Positions 44,392 to 56,545 of a stretch of DNA of 64,000 nt are shown here, in pieces (within the stretch, counting starts at the first letter, position 1; each line of letters starts with the position of its first letter). Origin of the DNA: Rebecca billardiae RCC1528 (lineage: Eukaryota; Protista; Haptophyta); assembly GCA_965240325.2 (NCBI GenBank), contig OZ251230.1, positions 434,001 to 498,000 of the forward strand. Direction: 5' to 3'. The position numbers and the translations under genes were made by a program. Under the pieces are notes generated by a model that did no database searches, was not told the origin of the DNA, and saw nothing but the letters and a program-made list of their open reading frames with translations.

Positions 44392-45291
44392 TCAACGCTT
44401 GCGCTTCTTCGACGCGCGCGCGCCGTGCCCGCCGCCGCCAGCCGCCTCGCCGTCAGCCACACCAGGCGGAGGCGCGGGGCCGCTCACCCGCGCGAAGCAC
44501 AGGCGCTGCTGTTGCCCTTTCTTGATGGCGCTCTTCCCGCCTCCGCCCCGCGCCTCCGCGCGCCGGTAGTGGCAGTCTCCAGCCCCGCTCTCCGGCCTTG
44601 CGCTCCACTCGGCAAAGCCCTCGAGCTGAGCCGGACTGCTCACGCCCGTCTCCGCCATGAAGCGGCAGAAGAGGCCGCGCGCCTGCTTAGCGTACACCGT
44701 CGGGCCGGGGAACTCCACGTGCCACACACTCACGCCGAGCGCGTCGAGCCCCGGACCGACCGCCTGCCAGTACTCCTGCGAGGCCACGTTCACCACGAAT
44801 CGCTCTGGCTGCGGCAGCGCGCGCAGCCGCGCGTGCAGCTCCGACGCGATCCGGTCGCCCCAGAACGCGTACAGCGTGCCGCCGCGCGCGTTGGCCAGCT
44901 TGGTACCCATCTCCAGCCGGTACGGCTTGATCGCGTCGCGCGGCCGCAGGCAGCCGTACAGCCCGGAGAGCGTGACGATGTGCTCCTGCGCGTACGCCTG
45001 GCCCGCCGCGCCGAGCGTCGCGAAGCCGAGCGCGCGGTGCGCGGGCCCGTCGAAGGCGACGGCCGCGTTCATCTCGGGCTGCGCGTCGAACGCGGCGTAC
45101 CGCTTCGCGTTGAGCTCGGCGAGCGCATCGGAGATGCCCATCAGAGACTTGAGCTGCGCCTTGCTGAGCTTGGCAACGGTCTGTACCAGCTCGGCGCGCT
45201 CGGCGCAAAGCACGGGCTCCGAGCACGCGAACGGCGGCTCGCCGACAGACTCGTTGAACGTCTTCGCAGGCGAGAGCACGGCGAGCGGCAT
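44392..45291 (-). CDS. yaaA: YaaA/UPF0246 (DUF328) peroxide-stress DNA-binding protein, intronless
   Basis: LSPAKT, LSGLYGCLRPRDAIKPYRLEMGTKL, YAFWG, VNVASQEY, YAKQARG. Confidence 0.94.
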   Translation of the reverse strand: MPLAVLSPAKTFNESVGEPPFACSEPVLCAERAELVQTVAKLSKAQLKSLMGISDALAELNAKRYAAFDAQPEMNAAVAFDGPAHRALGFATLGAAGQAYAQEHIVTLSGLYGCLRPRDAIKPYRLEMGTKLANARGGTLYAFWGDRIASELHARLRALPQPERFVVNVASQEYWQAVGPGLDALGVSVWHVEFPGPTVYAKQARGLFCRFMAETGVSSPAQLEGFAEWSARPESGAGDCHYRRAEARGGGGKSAIKKGQQQRLCFARVSGPAPPPGVADGEAAGGGGHGARASKKRKR

Positions 45292-45761
45292 CGCGGCACC
45301 TTAAGGCACGACGCCTCCGCGGCCGTGCGACGCTGGGCGCGGGCCGTCGCGGGGTTTGCTCAGGCGCGCCGGTTGGTCACCCCCACCCGCTGCTGATTCG
45401 CCAGTCTGAATATCGAGAACGCACGGTGACTTATTCAAGACCAATGTTCATCATGTGTGGTCGGGTATCATGTCTGCCCATCTTAAGGGCTCAGACCCAC
45501 TGTCTCCGATGACAACTCGATCGTGCTCAGCGCCGGCACGGTGCACCTCGAGCTCTGTGAAGCCTTAGTAGTCACTCACGGCCCGAGCCGTCAGCGGCCG
45601 CGTGGGCGCGTGGCGTCCCGCGACCGCGCTGTCCGCTGCAGCCGGTCAGAGTCACCGCTGCCGGTCAGTATCCGGGTGTCGTAGGCACCACAGAGTCAGC
45701 CCCGTGACTCGGCAGGTGTGCGACGAGTCTCCGCGCTTGGGCACACGCCACGCCTGGGCGG

Positions 45762-48401
45762 TCAGGTGGCGGCGGCGCGTGCGACTCTCCTGTACACGAG
45801 CACCATGTCCTCTGCGCTGTTGCGCCACACGAGCGTGCGCGCGCTGAAGAGGTCCATGGAGGCGGGCAGCACGCGCTCGTTGCACAGGATCTCGATGTGC
45901 TCCTCCCACCGCACCTCCGACGCGGGCTTCGCGCCCTCGGGCGAGATGGGCGTGACGAGATTCTGCGCCACGTACCGGATCACCTGCCGCATGCGCAGGA
46001 TGCGCAGCGCCTCGAGGCGCGTCGAGCCGTCCACCAGCCCGCTCAGCGACTTGGCCGCGTCCGGCACCACGTAGAAAGGCACCTTTTGCTTCTCGCGCGA
46101 GTAGAAGCGGTGCGCGAGCAGGGCGTCGGAGACCCAGTTGGGCACCTGCGGCGCGGGGTGCGCGGCCGCGCGCGCGGCTCAGCCCGCCGCCGGCCGGCCG
46201 GTGCGCCGGCGGGGCGCGCGCGCGGCGCCGCGTGCGCAGCGCACCCTGTGCTCTGCGAGCGCGCGCGTGCCCTCCACGCTCGTGCGCAGCACCACGCGCC
46301 CGCCCTCGGTGATGGCGACGCTCACCGACTGCGCGCGCATCGCGCGCGCGCACCGCGCGCGCGTGAGCGCCACGGCGCAGCGCGGGCGGCGCGCGCGGCG
46401 CGGTGTGGCGCGCCGCCGCGCGTGCCTGCGGCGCTGCCTCGAGCTTGACGAGGGGCAGCGGCGCGCGCGGCTTGGCTGCACCGCGCCCGTTGGCGCGGCC
46501 GCTGCCGTGCGGCTGCTGCCGCTGCTGCACCCACGGGCCGAAGACGTTCATCAGCGCGTTCCACCCCAGGTTGATCGTCGCGTCATCCGCCACGTCGGGC
46601 CCACTCAGCCCGACGTCGTCCGCGTACAGCTGCGGCGCCCGAGGCGCGGCCGAGAGCGGCGGCGGGCGGCGAGCGCGACGCGCGCGCGGACGGTGGCGCG
46701 TGAGCGGTGCGCGCAGCGGGGCGCCGACGCGGTGCGCGTGCGGGCGCGCACCAGCCCCGCGAAGGCGCTCTTCTCGTCCAGGCACACGGTGAGGTCCCCC
46801 GAGCGCGTGTCCACCGAGAACCAGGAGGGCACCGCGCGCTCGAGGGCCAGCTCCTTCTCAGCGGCGGCCATGCTCGTGCCGTCCGCAAACGTGCGCACCA
46901 CTGCGCACGGGCGCGAGGGCGGCGCGCGCGCCGACGTGGCGGGTGCGTGAGCGGACGGGCGGCGTGGGGTGCTGCGGGCCGGGCGCGGCGCGGGCGGGCG
47001 GGTGGGGCCGCGCAGCCGCGCAGCGCTCCCCGCGCCTCCTCGCGCACACGGCCCCGGCACGCACGCACGCACGCGCGCGCGCGCGCGCGCTCTCTCACCG
47101 CTGCCGCGCAGCACGTCCCAGACGACCACGCGGCCCGCGGTGTCGCACGTGAGCACGCGCCACTTGTCCGCGAGGACGCGCGAGGAGTGGATGGCGGGCG
47201 CGCCCTCGATCAGCCCGACGGCGTCGCGCTCGAGCGTCGGCGGCGGCCGCGCCGCCGGCTCGTCCGCGCCCCCCCCACCGCCCCCCTCGTCCGCGCCGAC
47301 CGCGGCCGCGTGCGCGCCGCCCTGCTGCAGCGCTGCGCCCACGCCGTCGAGCGACCAGCAGCGCACGTCGCACTGCGTGGTGGCGGCCCAGAGGTGGTTG
47401 CCGCCGGCGCTCGCGGCGAGGCGGACGACGGGCGCGGCCTCGTGCGCGACGCGCACCGACTGCAGCGTCGAGAGCGACGTCGCCACGATCGACCCGTCGC
47501 GCCCGCCCGAGTAGAGCACCCTCCAGTGCGCGTCCACGTCGAGCGCCCACGCCGCGTCGCGGTGCATGCGCACCGTGTGCACGCACCGCTGCGAGCCGAC
47601 GTCCCACACGCGCACGGTGCGGTCGGACGAGGCGGAGACGGCGAGCTTGCCGTCCGCGTCGAGCAGCAGCGCGCGCACCACGTCCGTGTGCCCCGACAGC
47701 TTGGCGTGCTTCCGCCCGACGCGCGCGTCCCACAGCCGGATCTCGGGCTCGACCGAGCCGGACGCGACGAGCGTGCCCGCCGAGTTCATCGCGAGGCAGT
47801 ACACGGAGTCGCGGTGGCCGGCGAGGACGGTGGGGCCGTCGCGGACCTGCCCGTCCGTGCTGAACTCGACGCCGCCGCCCGACGCGCCGCCCGACGCGGC
47901 GAAGTGGCCGAGCGCATCCATCTTGAACAGGTGGATCATCTTGTCGAGCGACGCCGACGCGAGCACGCCGCTCGCGGGCGCGTAGGCGAGCGCCTTGACG
48001 TAGTCGGTGTGCGTGCTCACGGTGGCGCGCGGCTCGGGCGTGCCCGGCTCGTCGAGCGGCCACAGCTTGAGCGTGTGGTCGGACGACGCGCTCACGAGCA
48101 GCCCGTGCGAGCTCGCGACGACCACGTCCGTCACCCAGTCAGAGTGGTCGGCGTACGTGGCGACGAGCGGGAGCTTGCGCGCCGGACGGCGCGCGGAGAA
48201 GCCGCCGCTCGACTCGAGCGCCGAGACGTCCCACCGCCGCACGCGCGCGTCGCGCCCCGCGGTGAACAGGCTCACGCCGCCCGCCCACGACGACTGCGGC
48301 GACGCGTTCCGCGCGAGCGCGAGCGAGTTCACGCCAAACTTGTGGCGGTCGCCCTCGCCCGGCAGCGCGAAGGTGTACGCGATGCCGACCTTGGGCTGCA
48401 T
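45762..48401 (-). CDS. WDR48: WDR48/UAF1 deubiquitinase activator; exons 48401-47099, 46900-46752, 46629-46426, 46328-46245, 46145-45762
   Basis: GVNSL..LFTAGRD, HSDWVTD, HTDYVKAL, VPSWFSVDTRSGDL, INLG, VPNWV, LRMRQVIRYV, IEILCNERVLPASMDL; four introns, one GC-AG. Confidence 0.93.
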
Positions 48402-48934
48402 GGCGCACGCGCTCGGCGCGCGCCGCCGTCGTGGGCCGCGTGCGCGCGGCGCGGCGCCGCCGTGCCCTTGCTTCCGCGCCGCTGGGCAGCGCGGGCGGGG
48501 CCCTTGTTCCTCAGCAGCGCTGCCTTCGCGCCGCCGCTCTCAGGTTGCTCAGCAAGGCCGGCTCTGGACGAGTCCGGGAGACAAGCGCTCACGCCAGGAC
48601 CTTAGTAATAATAGCTGACGCGCGCCGTAACTGCTCCTCGGTGACTACGGTGAGTGACGAGGTTGCTCATATGTCTGTCATGCAGACCTGTGTCCGCAAA
48701 TAGAGCTGCGGAATTGCGTTGTCAAGTTCCTGGACAGTTGGCGCGCCCTCCACATACAATAATGTACCCGCACAAGGAAGAACTCGGCCGCGTCCTGCTT
48801 CTGGGATCCGGACAGCGAGACCCTTTGACTTGGAACTCGAGTTGCCGACCGCCACCGGAGCCATCGACCACTGCTGCCACTGCAAGCGGCATTGCGGCAG
48901 GGCTGGTGGCGCGCCCACTCGTGGGCGAGTCGTC

Positions 48935-51900
48935 ATGGCGGAGGCGGAGGTGCTCACCGACCCGAGCAAGGCCGATGAGGACTGCGAAGACATGGTGAAC
49001 CTGCACACGCTCACTCCCGAGACCATCCTCAGGAACCTGCACGTGCGCTTCGACCGCACCAAGCCGTACACGTACGTGGGCCGCATCGTGATCTCCACCA
49101 ACCCATTTGAGTGGATCGACGGGCTGTACTCGCACGAGACGATCAGCGCGTTCTCGCGCGTGCCGGATGTGTTCGCAGACCTGCACCCGCACGTCTACGC
49201 CGTCGCGCGCGACGCTCTCGACAAGCTCACTGACCTGCAGGTGCGTGCGAGTGTGGCCGCGCGATCGAGCGCGCGGCAGGCGCGGTGGTGCACGCGGCGC
49301 GGGGGAGCGCGGGTGACGTCGGAGCCCGCGGCCACGCCGTGCGCGTGCAGCACGCACGCTCGCGATGCTCTCCCGCCGTCGCGCTCACCCACCGTCGCGC
49401 GTGCGTGCCCCCCACCCCCGCCCCCCATCCCTCCCCCGCCGGCTCGCTCGGCGCTGCCCGCTGCGGCGCACCTCTGCTCGCGCAATGGCCGCCGCTTCCG
49501 CCGCCTCCGCCGCCGCCGCCGCCGCCTCTCGCGCGCAGGAGTCGCAATCGATCCTGATCTCCGGCGAGTCGGGCGCGGGCAAGACGGAGAACACCAAGAT
49601 CTGCATGTCGTACCTCGCGCACGTCGACGACGGGCTCAGCTCGAGCGCGGCCGTGCACGAGGTGACGAGCCGCGTGCTGCAGACCAACCCGCTGCTCGAG
49701 GCGTTCGGCAACGCGTCCACCACGCGCAACGACAACTCGTCGCGCTTCGGCAAGTTCATCAAGCTGCAGTACAACGTGCACGGCAAGCAGGTCGGCGCGC
49801 ACATCGACACGTACCTGCTCGAGCGCTCGCGCGTCGTGCGGCAGAACGCCAAGGAGCGCAACTTCCACGTGTTCCACGCGCTGACCGGCGGCTGCTCGGA
49901 CGAGGAGCGCGCGTCGCTCGACGTGCACGAGGCAGGCGCGTACTACTACCTCGGCCGGCGCCCCGCGTCGGAGATGCAGCTCAAGCCGTCGTCCGAGTTT
50001 GCCGACGACGCGGTGGTGTGGCGGCGCACGCAGCAGGCGCTCGACGGCCTCGGCTTCACCGACTCGGACGCCGCCGAGGTGGCGGGCGCGCTCGCGGGCG
50101 TGCTCGCGCTCGGCGAGCTCTCGTTCGTGGGCGAGGAGTCGGCCGACGGCACGACGTCCTCGCCGTCCGACCCGGAGGTGGTGGCGCGCGCGGCGCTGCG
50201 GCTCGCGGTCGAGCCATCCGACCTCGCGTCCAAGATGTGCACGCGCTACGTCGCCGCGCCCGACGGCTGGTTCACCGTGCTGCTGACGGTCGAGCAGTGC
50301 TGCAACGCGCGCGACGCGCTCGCCAAGGCGCTGTACGGCCGCCTCTTCGACTGGCTGGTCGCGCGCGCGAACGAGACGATCAAGCCCGAGCCGGGCGCGG
50401 CGACGGCGTTCATTGGCATCCTCGACATCTTTGGCTTCGAGTCGTTCACGCACAACTCGTTCGAGCAGCTGTGCATCAACTACGCGAACGAGCGGCTGCA
50501 GGCGCAGTTCAACGCGTACGTGTTCGCGCAGCAGCAGCAGGAGTACGAGGCGGAGGGCGTGCCGTGGCAGCGCGTCGAGTTCTCGGACAACGCGGCGGTC
50601 CTCTCTCTGATCGAGGACAAGCGGTGCGGCATGCTCACGCTGCTCGACGAGGAGTGCATGCTCGGCCAGGGCACGATCGGCGGCTTCTTCACCAAGCTGA
50701 AGAGCGCGCAGGGCAAGTCCGCGCACTTCTCGATCCCCAAGATCGCGCGCGACACGCTCGCCTTCACCATCGAGCACTACGCCGGCCCGGTGACGTACGA
50801 CCTGGAGCACTTCCTCGAGAAGAACAACGACACGCTGCACCCAGACCTCGTGCAGCTCATGCAGAGCTCCTCCAAGCCGCTGCTCAACGGCTTCTTCGAC
50901 ACGGCGCCCGCGGGCGGCCAGGGCGGCGGCGGGCGCGCGCGCGGCGCGCGCAAGAAGCCCGAGACCGTCTCCTCGCGCTTCCGCGCGCAGCTGCTCGGGC
51001 TGACCGAGGAGATCGCGTCGACGGGCATTCACTACGTGCGCTGCATCAAGCCCAACGCCACCGCGTCCGCCGTCGACTTCGACTCGGAGATGGTCGCCAA
51101 CCAGCTGCGGTACGCGGGCGTGCTCGAGGCGATCCGCATCTCGCGCGCGGCGTACCCGCACCGCATGCCGCACGCGCGCTTCGTCAACGCCTTCGCCTCG
51201 CTGTACCAGATCGAGCACGGCGGGCCGCGGAAGCGCGCGCTCGGCGGGCGGCGGCCGGGCGAGCGGCCGGGCGACGACCGCGACGCCGGCACGCGCGGCG
51301 CCGCCGCGCACGAGGAGCACGACCGCTCGACCTCGCTGCTGATGCTCGAGGGGCTGCTGCCGGGCGAGGGCAAGGGCGAGGGCTACTGGCACGCGCGCAC
51401 CAAGGTCTTCTTCAGGCCGCGCGTGCACGAGCGGCTGACGCTGCGGCTGAAGACGGCCCTCGGCGCGAGCGTGCTCGTGCTGCAGACGGCGCGCCGGCGG
51501 CAGGTCGCGCGCACGCGCTTCCTCGCCACCAAGCGGTTCGCGCTCGCCGCGCAGGCGCTCGCGCGCGGGCACATGGCGCGCCGCGCGTACTCGCAGCAGC
51601 GCTGCGCGCGCGCCGTGCAGGCGGCGGTGCGGATGCACCTGCTGCGCACGCGCTTCGTCGCGATGCGCCGCGCGGCGGTGCGCGTGCAGAAGCACGCGCG
51701 CGCGCGGCGCGCGCGCGTGCGCTGCAAGACCATTGTCGTCGACCGCGCGGTCGCGCGGATGGCGGCGTCGTGGCGCGCGTGCACGCAGCGCCGCCACTTC
51801 ATGCGGCTCCGCGCCGCGACCATCAAGCTGCAGGGCGCGCTGCGCACGCTGCGCGCCGTCAAGCGGTACCGCCGCCGGCTGCAGGAGGCCAAGGCGCGCG

Positions 51901-53935
51901 GCATGTTTGAATTCCAGCTCTCCAAGCTGCGCGAGCGGCTCGGCTCGGAGGAGCAGTCGCGCTCCGACCTCGAGGCGAAGAACCAGGAGCTGCAGACGGA
52001 GGTGGAGCGCTCAAAGGAGGTGCGCCAGGCGCTCGACGCGCAGGCGGACCAGCTGCACGAGCTGGGCGAGCAGCTGCGCCAGGCGAACGAGCGGATCTCG
52101 AAGCAGGAGGAGGCGCACGCGCGCGAGAAGCGCGAGCACGAGCAAAGCATTGTCAAGCTGCGCATGGAGCGCGACGCGGCGAAGAAGGCGGCGGTGGGGC
52201 ACCTGCGCGAGGAGCGGCTCGACAAGATGAAGGAGGAGCAGCGCCGCATCTTCCTCAACCACGAGGCGGAGGTGAAGGAGCTGCGCGCGCAGCTCGCGCA
52301 GGCGCGGCGCGAGCTGCGCGCCGTGCAGAAGGAGCGGGACGAGCTCTTCACGCAGGACCGCGTCAAGACGTGCCAGCTCGAGGACCTGCGCGCCGAGATG
52401 AAGGAGCAGATGCAGTACCAGGGCGCGGCGGGCGCGCTGCGCGGCCGCGGCCGCTCGGGCGGCGCGCGCGGCGTCCTCTCGCCCGAGTACGAGGCGGCGT
52501 CGCGCCGGCGCTCGGGCGCGTCCGGCGTGGGCACCTACCAGGCGGGCCGGCGCTCGGGCGGCGCGCGCCGCTTCAAGCACCTCACCGAGATGCGCATCTC
52601 GGAGGAGTGCGTCAACTCGGTGGCGATCACGCCGGACAAGTCGCGCATCGTCACCGCCTCGGACGACATGCGCGTGCGCGTGTGGGACATCACCACCGGG
52701 CTGTGCGAGCACTCGTGGGAGTACGAGAGCACGCCGCGCGCGCTCGCGTGCGACCAGACGCACGTGTACGCGGGCTTTGGCGACGCGACCATCGTCAAGT
52801 TCGACGTGCAGACGTGGGAGGCGAACACGTTCCCGTCGGGGCACTCGTTCACCGTGTACGTGCTCATGTTCGCCAAGGGCGCGCCGCCGCAGGGCGAGCG
52901 GCGCGCCACGCCGATGGTGAGCGGCGCGGGCGACGGCGAGCTGCGCGTGTTTGACGCGGGCGCGTCCAAGTGTCTGCACGCGCTCAAGGGCCACTCCGCC
53001 GCGGTCAAGGCGCTCGCCGTGGTCAACGGTGCGCGCGCGCGCGGCGGCGGCGACGCGCGGCCGCATCCGCGCGCGCGCGCGCGCGCACGCGCTGACACGC
53101 GCCGACACGCGCCGACACGCGCCCGCGCCGCCCGCGCAGGCCCGCCGCTCCCGGCGGCGGTGATGCTGAGCGGCGGCGACGACGGCGAGGTGCGCGTGTG
53201 GGACATGAGCTCGTGGGCGTGTCTGCACGTGGTGGGCGGGCGCGGCTCGGGCATCAACTCCATCGTCTCGCTGGGCGCGGCGACGGCGACGGACGCCAAG
53301 CCCGCGTGCGTGCGCGTGGCGTGCGCCTCCGACGACGGCCACATCTACACGCTCGAGTACGCCAAGGAGCCCGGCTGGTGCGCGCGCGCCAACCAAAGCG
53401 CGCCAACGGGCGGCAGGGCGCGCGGCGTGGGCTGCGCGCGCAGCCGGCCGCGCCGCGCGCGCCGAGCTCACGCGCGCCCTGCCGCCCGCGGCTGCGCGCG
53501 CGCGCGCCCGCCCTGCCGCCCGCGGCTGCGCGCGCGCGCGCCCGCCCCTCCCCCTTGCCCCCGCGCAGGGCCGAGTCTGCGGCCGTCTCGGCGCACAAGG
53601 ACGTGGTGTGGGCCCTCGGCTCGATTGCCGGACACATTGTCTCCGCGTCGGAGGACAAGGCACGGCGCGCACGCGCGGCGCGCCCCTCGCGCGGCGCGCA
53701 TGCCGCTGAGCCACCGCCCCTCGCCCCCCACGTGGCGCCGCTGCCGTGCCGCGCGCGCGCGCACCCACGCCTTGGGCAGATGATCAAGGTGTGGCCCGCG
53801 CAGTCGGAGCCGCCGTGGGAGTGCATGGAGACGCTCTCGGGGCACGGCGACGCGGTGTGCTGCCTGGCGGTCACGCAGAACCACGTCTTCTCCGCGTCGG
53901 CCGACGGCATGCTGCACATGTGGAAGCTGGTCTAG
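48935..53935 (+). CDS. Unconventional myosin: motor, ~5-6 IQ motifs, coiled coil, WD40 tail; exons 48935-49240, 49539-53028, 53140-53377, 53569-53659, 53780-53935
   Basis: GESGAGKT, LEAFGNA..RNDNSSRFGK, DALAK, LDIFGFE, FEQLCINYANE, YVRCIKPN, TKVFF; GH...WD repeats; four introns, the last GC-AG. Confidence 0.95.
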
Positions 53936-54915
53936 CCGCGCGCCGCGCACCTGGGCCGGATGGGCGCACGGGCCGGGCGCAGCGCGCGGCTCATCCGAGC
54001 GCGCGCACGCGCGCAGCGTGCACGCGCGCTCGGCCGGCGGCGGAGGCGGAGGCGAACGCGGGAGGAGGTGGGGGGAGGCAGCAGGCGCGCGGCGCCCCGA
54101 GCAGGATGTCGCAAGCCGCGTGGCCCTAGCGGCAGGGCACGGCGGCGCAGCTGCTGCTTGCGGCGGCACCGCCACGAGTGACGCACGTCCTGGGCGGCGG
54201 GACTCCCAGGTCGCGGGAGGCTCTCAGGCTGGCCGTCGTCGGGATGCTCCGTGCCGGCGCGGGCGGCGCACTGCGACACTGCTGACTGCACTGTGCGCGG
54301 CCGATGGCCCGATGGGGCGCCGGGGCAATATAGTAAATCAGATTCTGAGGGGCCGTCGGCGGGCGCGGGGGTACTGTTACGTATGCAATGATGATGATGA
54401 CTACGATTCGCGGCCACTGCTCGGCATGCGACAGTCAGTAGTCACTCAGAAATCAGAATGACTCAGATCGGCCGTCGGATCCGGTCGTCCGCCGCCATCC
54501 GGACTCCGGACGGCTCCGGTCCGGTGACCGGTCGAGTCCCCGGGCCGGCGGCACGCCGCCCACGCGGCCACGGAGTGTCAGTGAGTACGCGGACCAATTC
54601 TATGATTTAAAGACACAGGCACGAGGGCGCAGCTCTCCTGATTCGTCTGTAGTGGTACTGGTGTCTGGTCGAACGGCTTGCAGCAGTGGCAGTGGTGTGA
54701 GCACGACCACGGTTCGGGCGTCGGCGGTTCATTTATAATTATAATAATCGTGAACTATTAAGTCCGACGAATACGTTTTAGTCGTTGGAGACGGAGTAGC
54801 TACTGACTCGCCCGACTCAGTGTGGCGGACGACGCCCGGACCATAACCCCGGGAGGGCGCCAGGGCGAGGGCGCGGCCCGCGTGAGGCCGCGCCAGGGCG
54901 GCCGCCGAGAATACG

Positions 54916-55070
<155 letters not shown>

Positions 55071-55547
55071 TGCGCTGCTGAGTGCTGATAGTGATACTCA
55101 CGGTCTGGGACCGACACCGTGTCCGTGGCACTCGGGCAGTGGCATATAGCAGATCCTAAGCTACTTCTACTATCTATCGTCGATAGTATTACTACCCGCC
55201 GCCGGGAGGCGCCGGGTTCGGATCCCGGGCCGGAGCCTGACTAATGCCGCTAGCTCGCAGCAATCGTGGCTGCCGACTTGGCGTCAGCAGGACTATGTTC
55301 GAGGGGGGCGGTCACTGTCAGGGCCGCCGCGACCGCCGGTCGTCGCAATATTTTTGCCGCCGGACATTGACCACAGCGGCCCGGCTCCACAGCCGGTCAG
55401 CAGGTGGCCGGGTCACACAACGCGGTCGCGGGTGTCCCACCGATCGTCACCGGCGTGAATGTACTCCGCCGTGATCACAAAGCCGGCGGAGCGTGGCCTC
55501 GGACGTGCGCTCAGACGCTACTCTCAGCGGCGAGCGGCAGATCAGCC

Positions 55548-56363
55548 TCAGGCGCCGCCCGACGCGCGCTGCTGCTGCGAGAGCCCGAGCGCGTTGGCAA
55601 ACAGCGGGTGGGCGTGCGCCTGCCCGAGCTGCCGCAGCTGCCACAGCTGGTGCGTCTGCCAGAGGAGCCACAGCGCGACGAAGCAGGTGAGCGCGGCGCT
55701 CGCGTGACCCGTGACCACGCCGTATATCCCGTACGCGCCGAGCGCGAGGCAGATCGGCACCGAGACGAACACGACGACGCGCGCCGCGTCCGCAGCCGCC
55801 ATCCCGCGCAGCAGCAGCGCGTCGGCGAGGATGCGGCCGCCGTCGAGCGGGTAGCACGGCAGGCAGAGGTTGAAGACGAGCATGGCGAAGTTGAGCATCG
55901 CGGACGAGTAGAACACCACCGCCGCGAAGTTGTCGAAGCCCGCGTCGGGGTCGATCGAGCCGCGGTTGCTCGCGGCGAGCAGCGCGAGCAGCAGCAGGAT
56001 CTGCGGCACGTGCGACGCCGGGCCTGCGGCGGCAATCTGCATGTCCGCGCACGCGGAAGGGGAGCGGCCGATGAAGGCGAGGCCACCGAGTGGCCAGAGC
56101 AGGATCTCCTCGACGTGCGTGCCCACCGCGCGCGCCGCCCAGCAGTGCCACAGCTCGTGGAAGAGCACCGTGCCCCACAGGATCGGCCCGTGCACGAGGA
56201 TCGTATGGGCCGTCACGTAGAAGCTGGCCAAGTGCAGCGTGGAGAAGGCGCTGAGGGCGGTGTACACGGGTAGCCACGTGTGCACGCGCACGCGGATGCC
56301 CGTAATTGAGCCCACGGAGAAGGAGTTGCCCAGGAAGCCGGCCTGGGAGGGGCGCTCTGCCAT
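55548..56363 (-). CDS. Peptidase M50 / site-2 protease (SpoIVFB-like) intramembrane metalloprotease, intronless
   Basis: GIRVRVH, HELWH (HExxH), LWPLGG, IAAAGP, FNLCLPCYPLDGGRIL. Confidence 0.92.
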   Translation of the reverse strand: MAERPSQAGFLGNSFSVGSITGIRVRVHTWLPVYTALSAFSTLHLASFYVTAHTILVHGPILWGTVLFHELWHCWAARAVGTHVEEILLWPLGGLAFIGRSPSACADMQIAAAGPASHVPQILLLLALLAASNRGSIDPDAGFDNFAAVVFYSSAMLNFAMLVFNLCLPCYPLDGGRILADALLLRGMAAADAARVVVFVSVPICLALGAYGIYGVVTGHASAALTCFVALWLLWQTHQLWQLRQLGQAHAHPLFANALGLSQQQRASGGA

Positions 56364-56545
56364 GGCCGTCTGCCTGTCTCGCTGGGAAATCCGGACCTGA
56401 CAACTTGGGAGCCGCGCAGGACTGCACGCACTGACTTGCACGGCGAGTTGAGTTCCTTCGAGCTGCTGAAAGCAGCCTGGGTTTGCACGCTGACCGGCGC
56501 CAACAGCCCAGTGGACACCGCCGCCGCGGCGGCTCCGCCGGCGCG

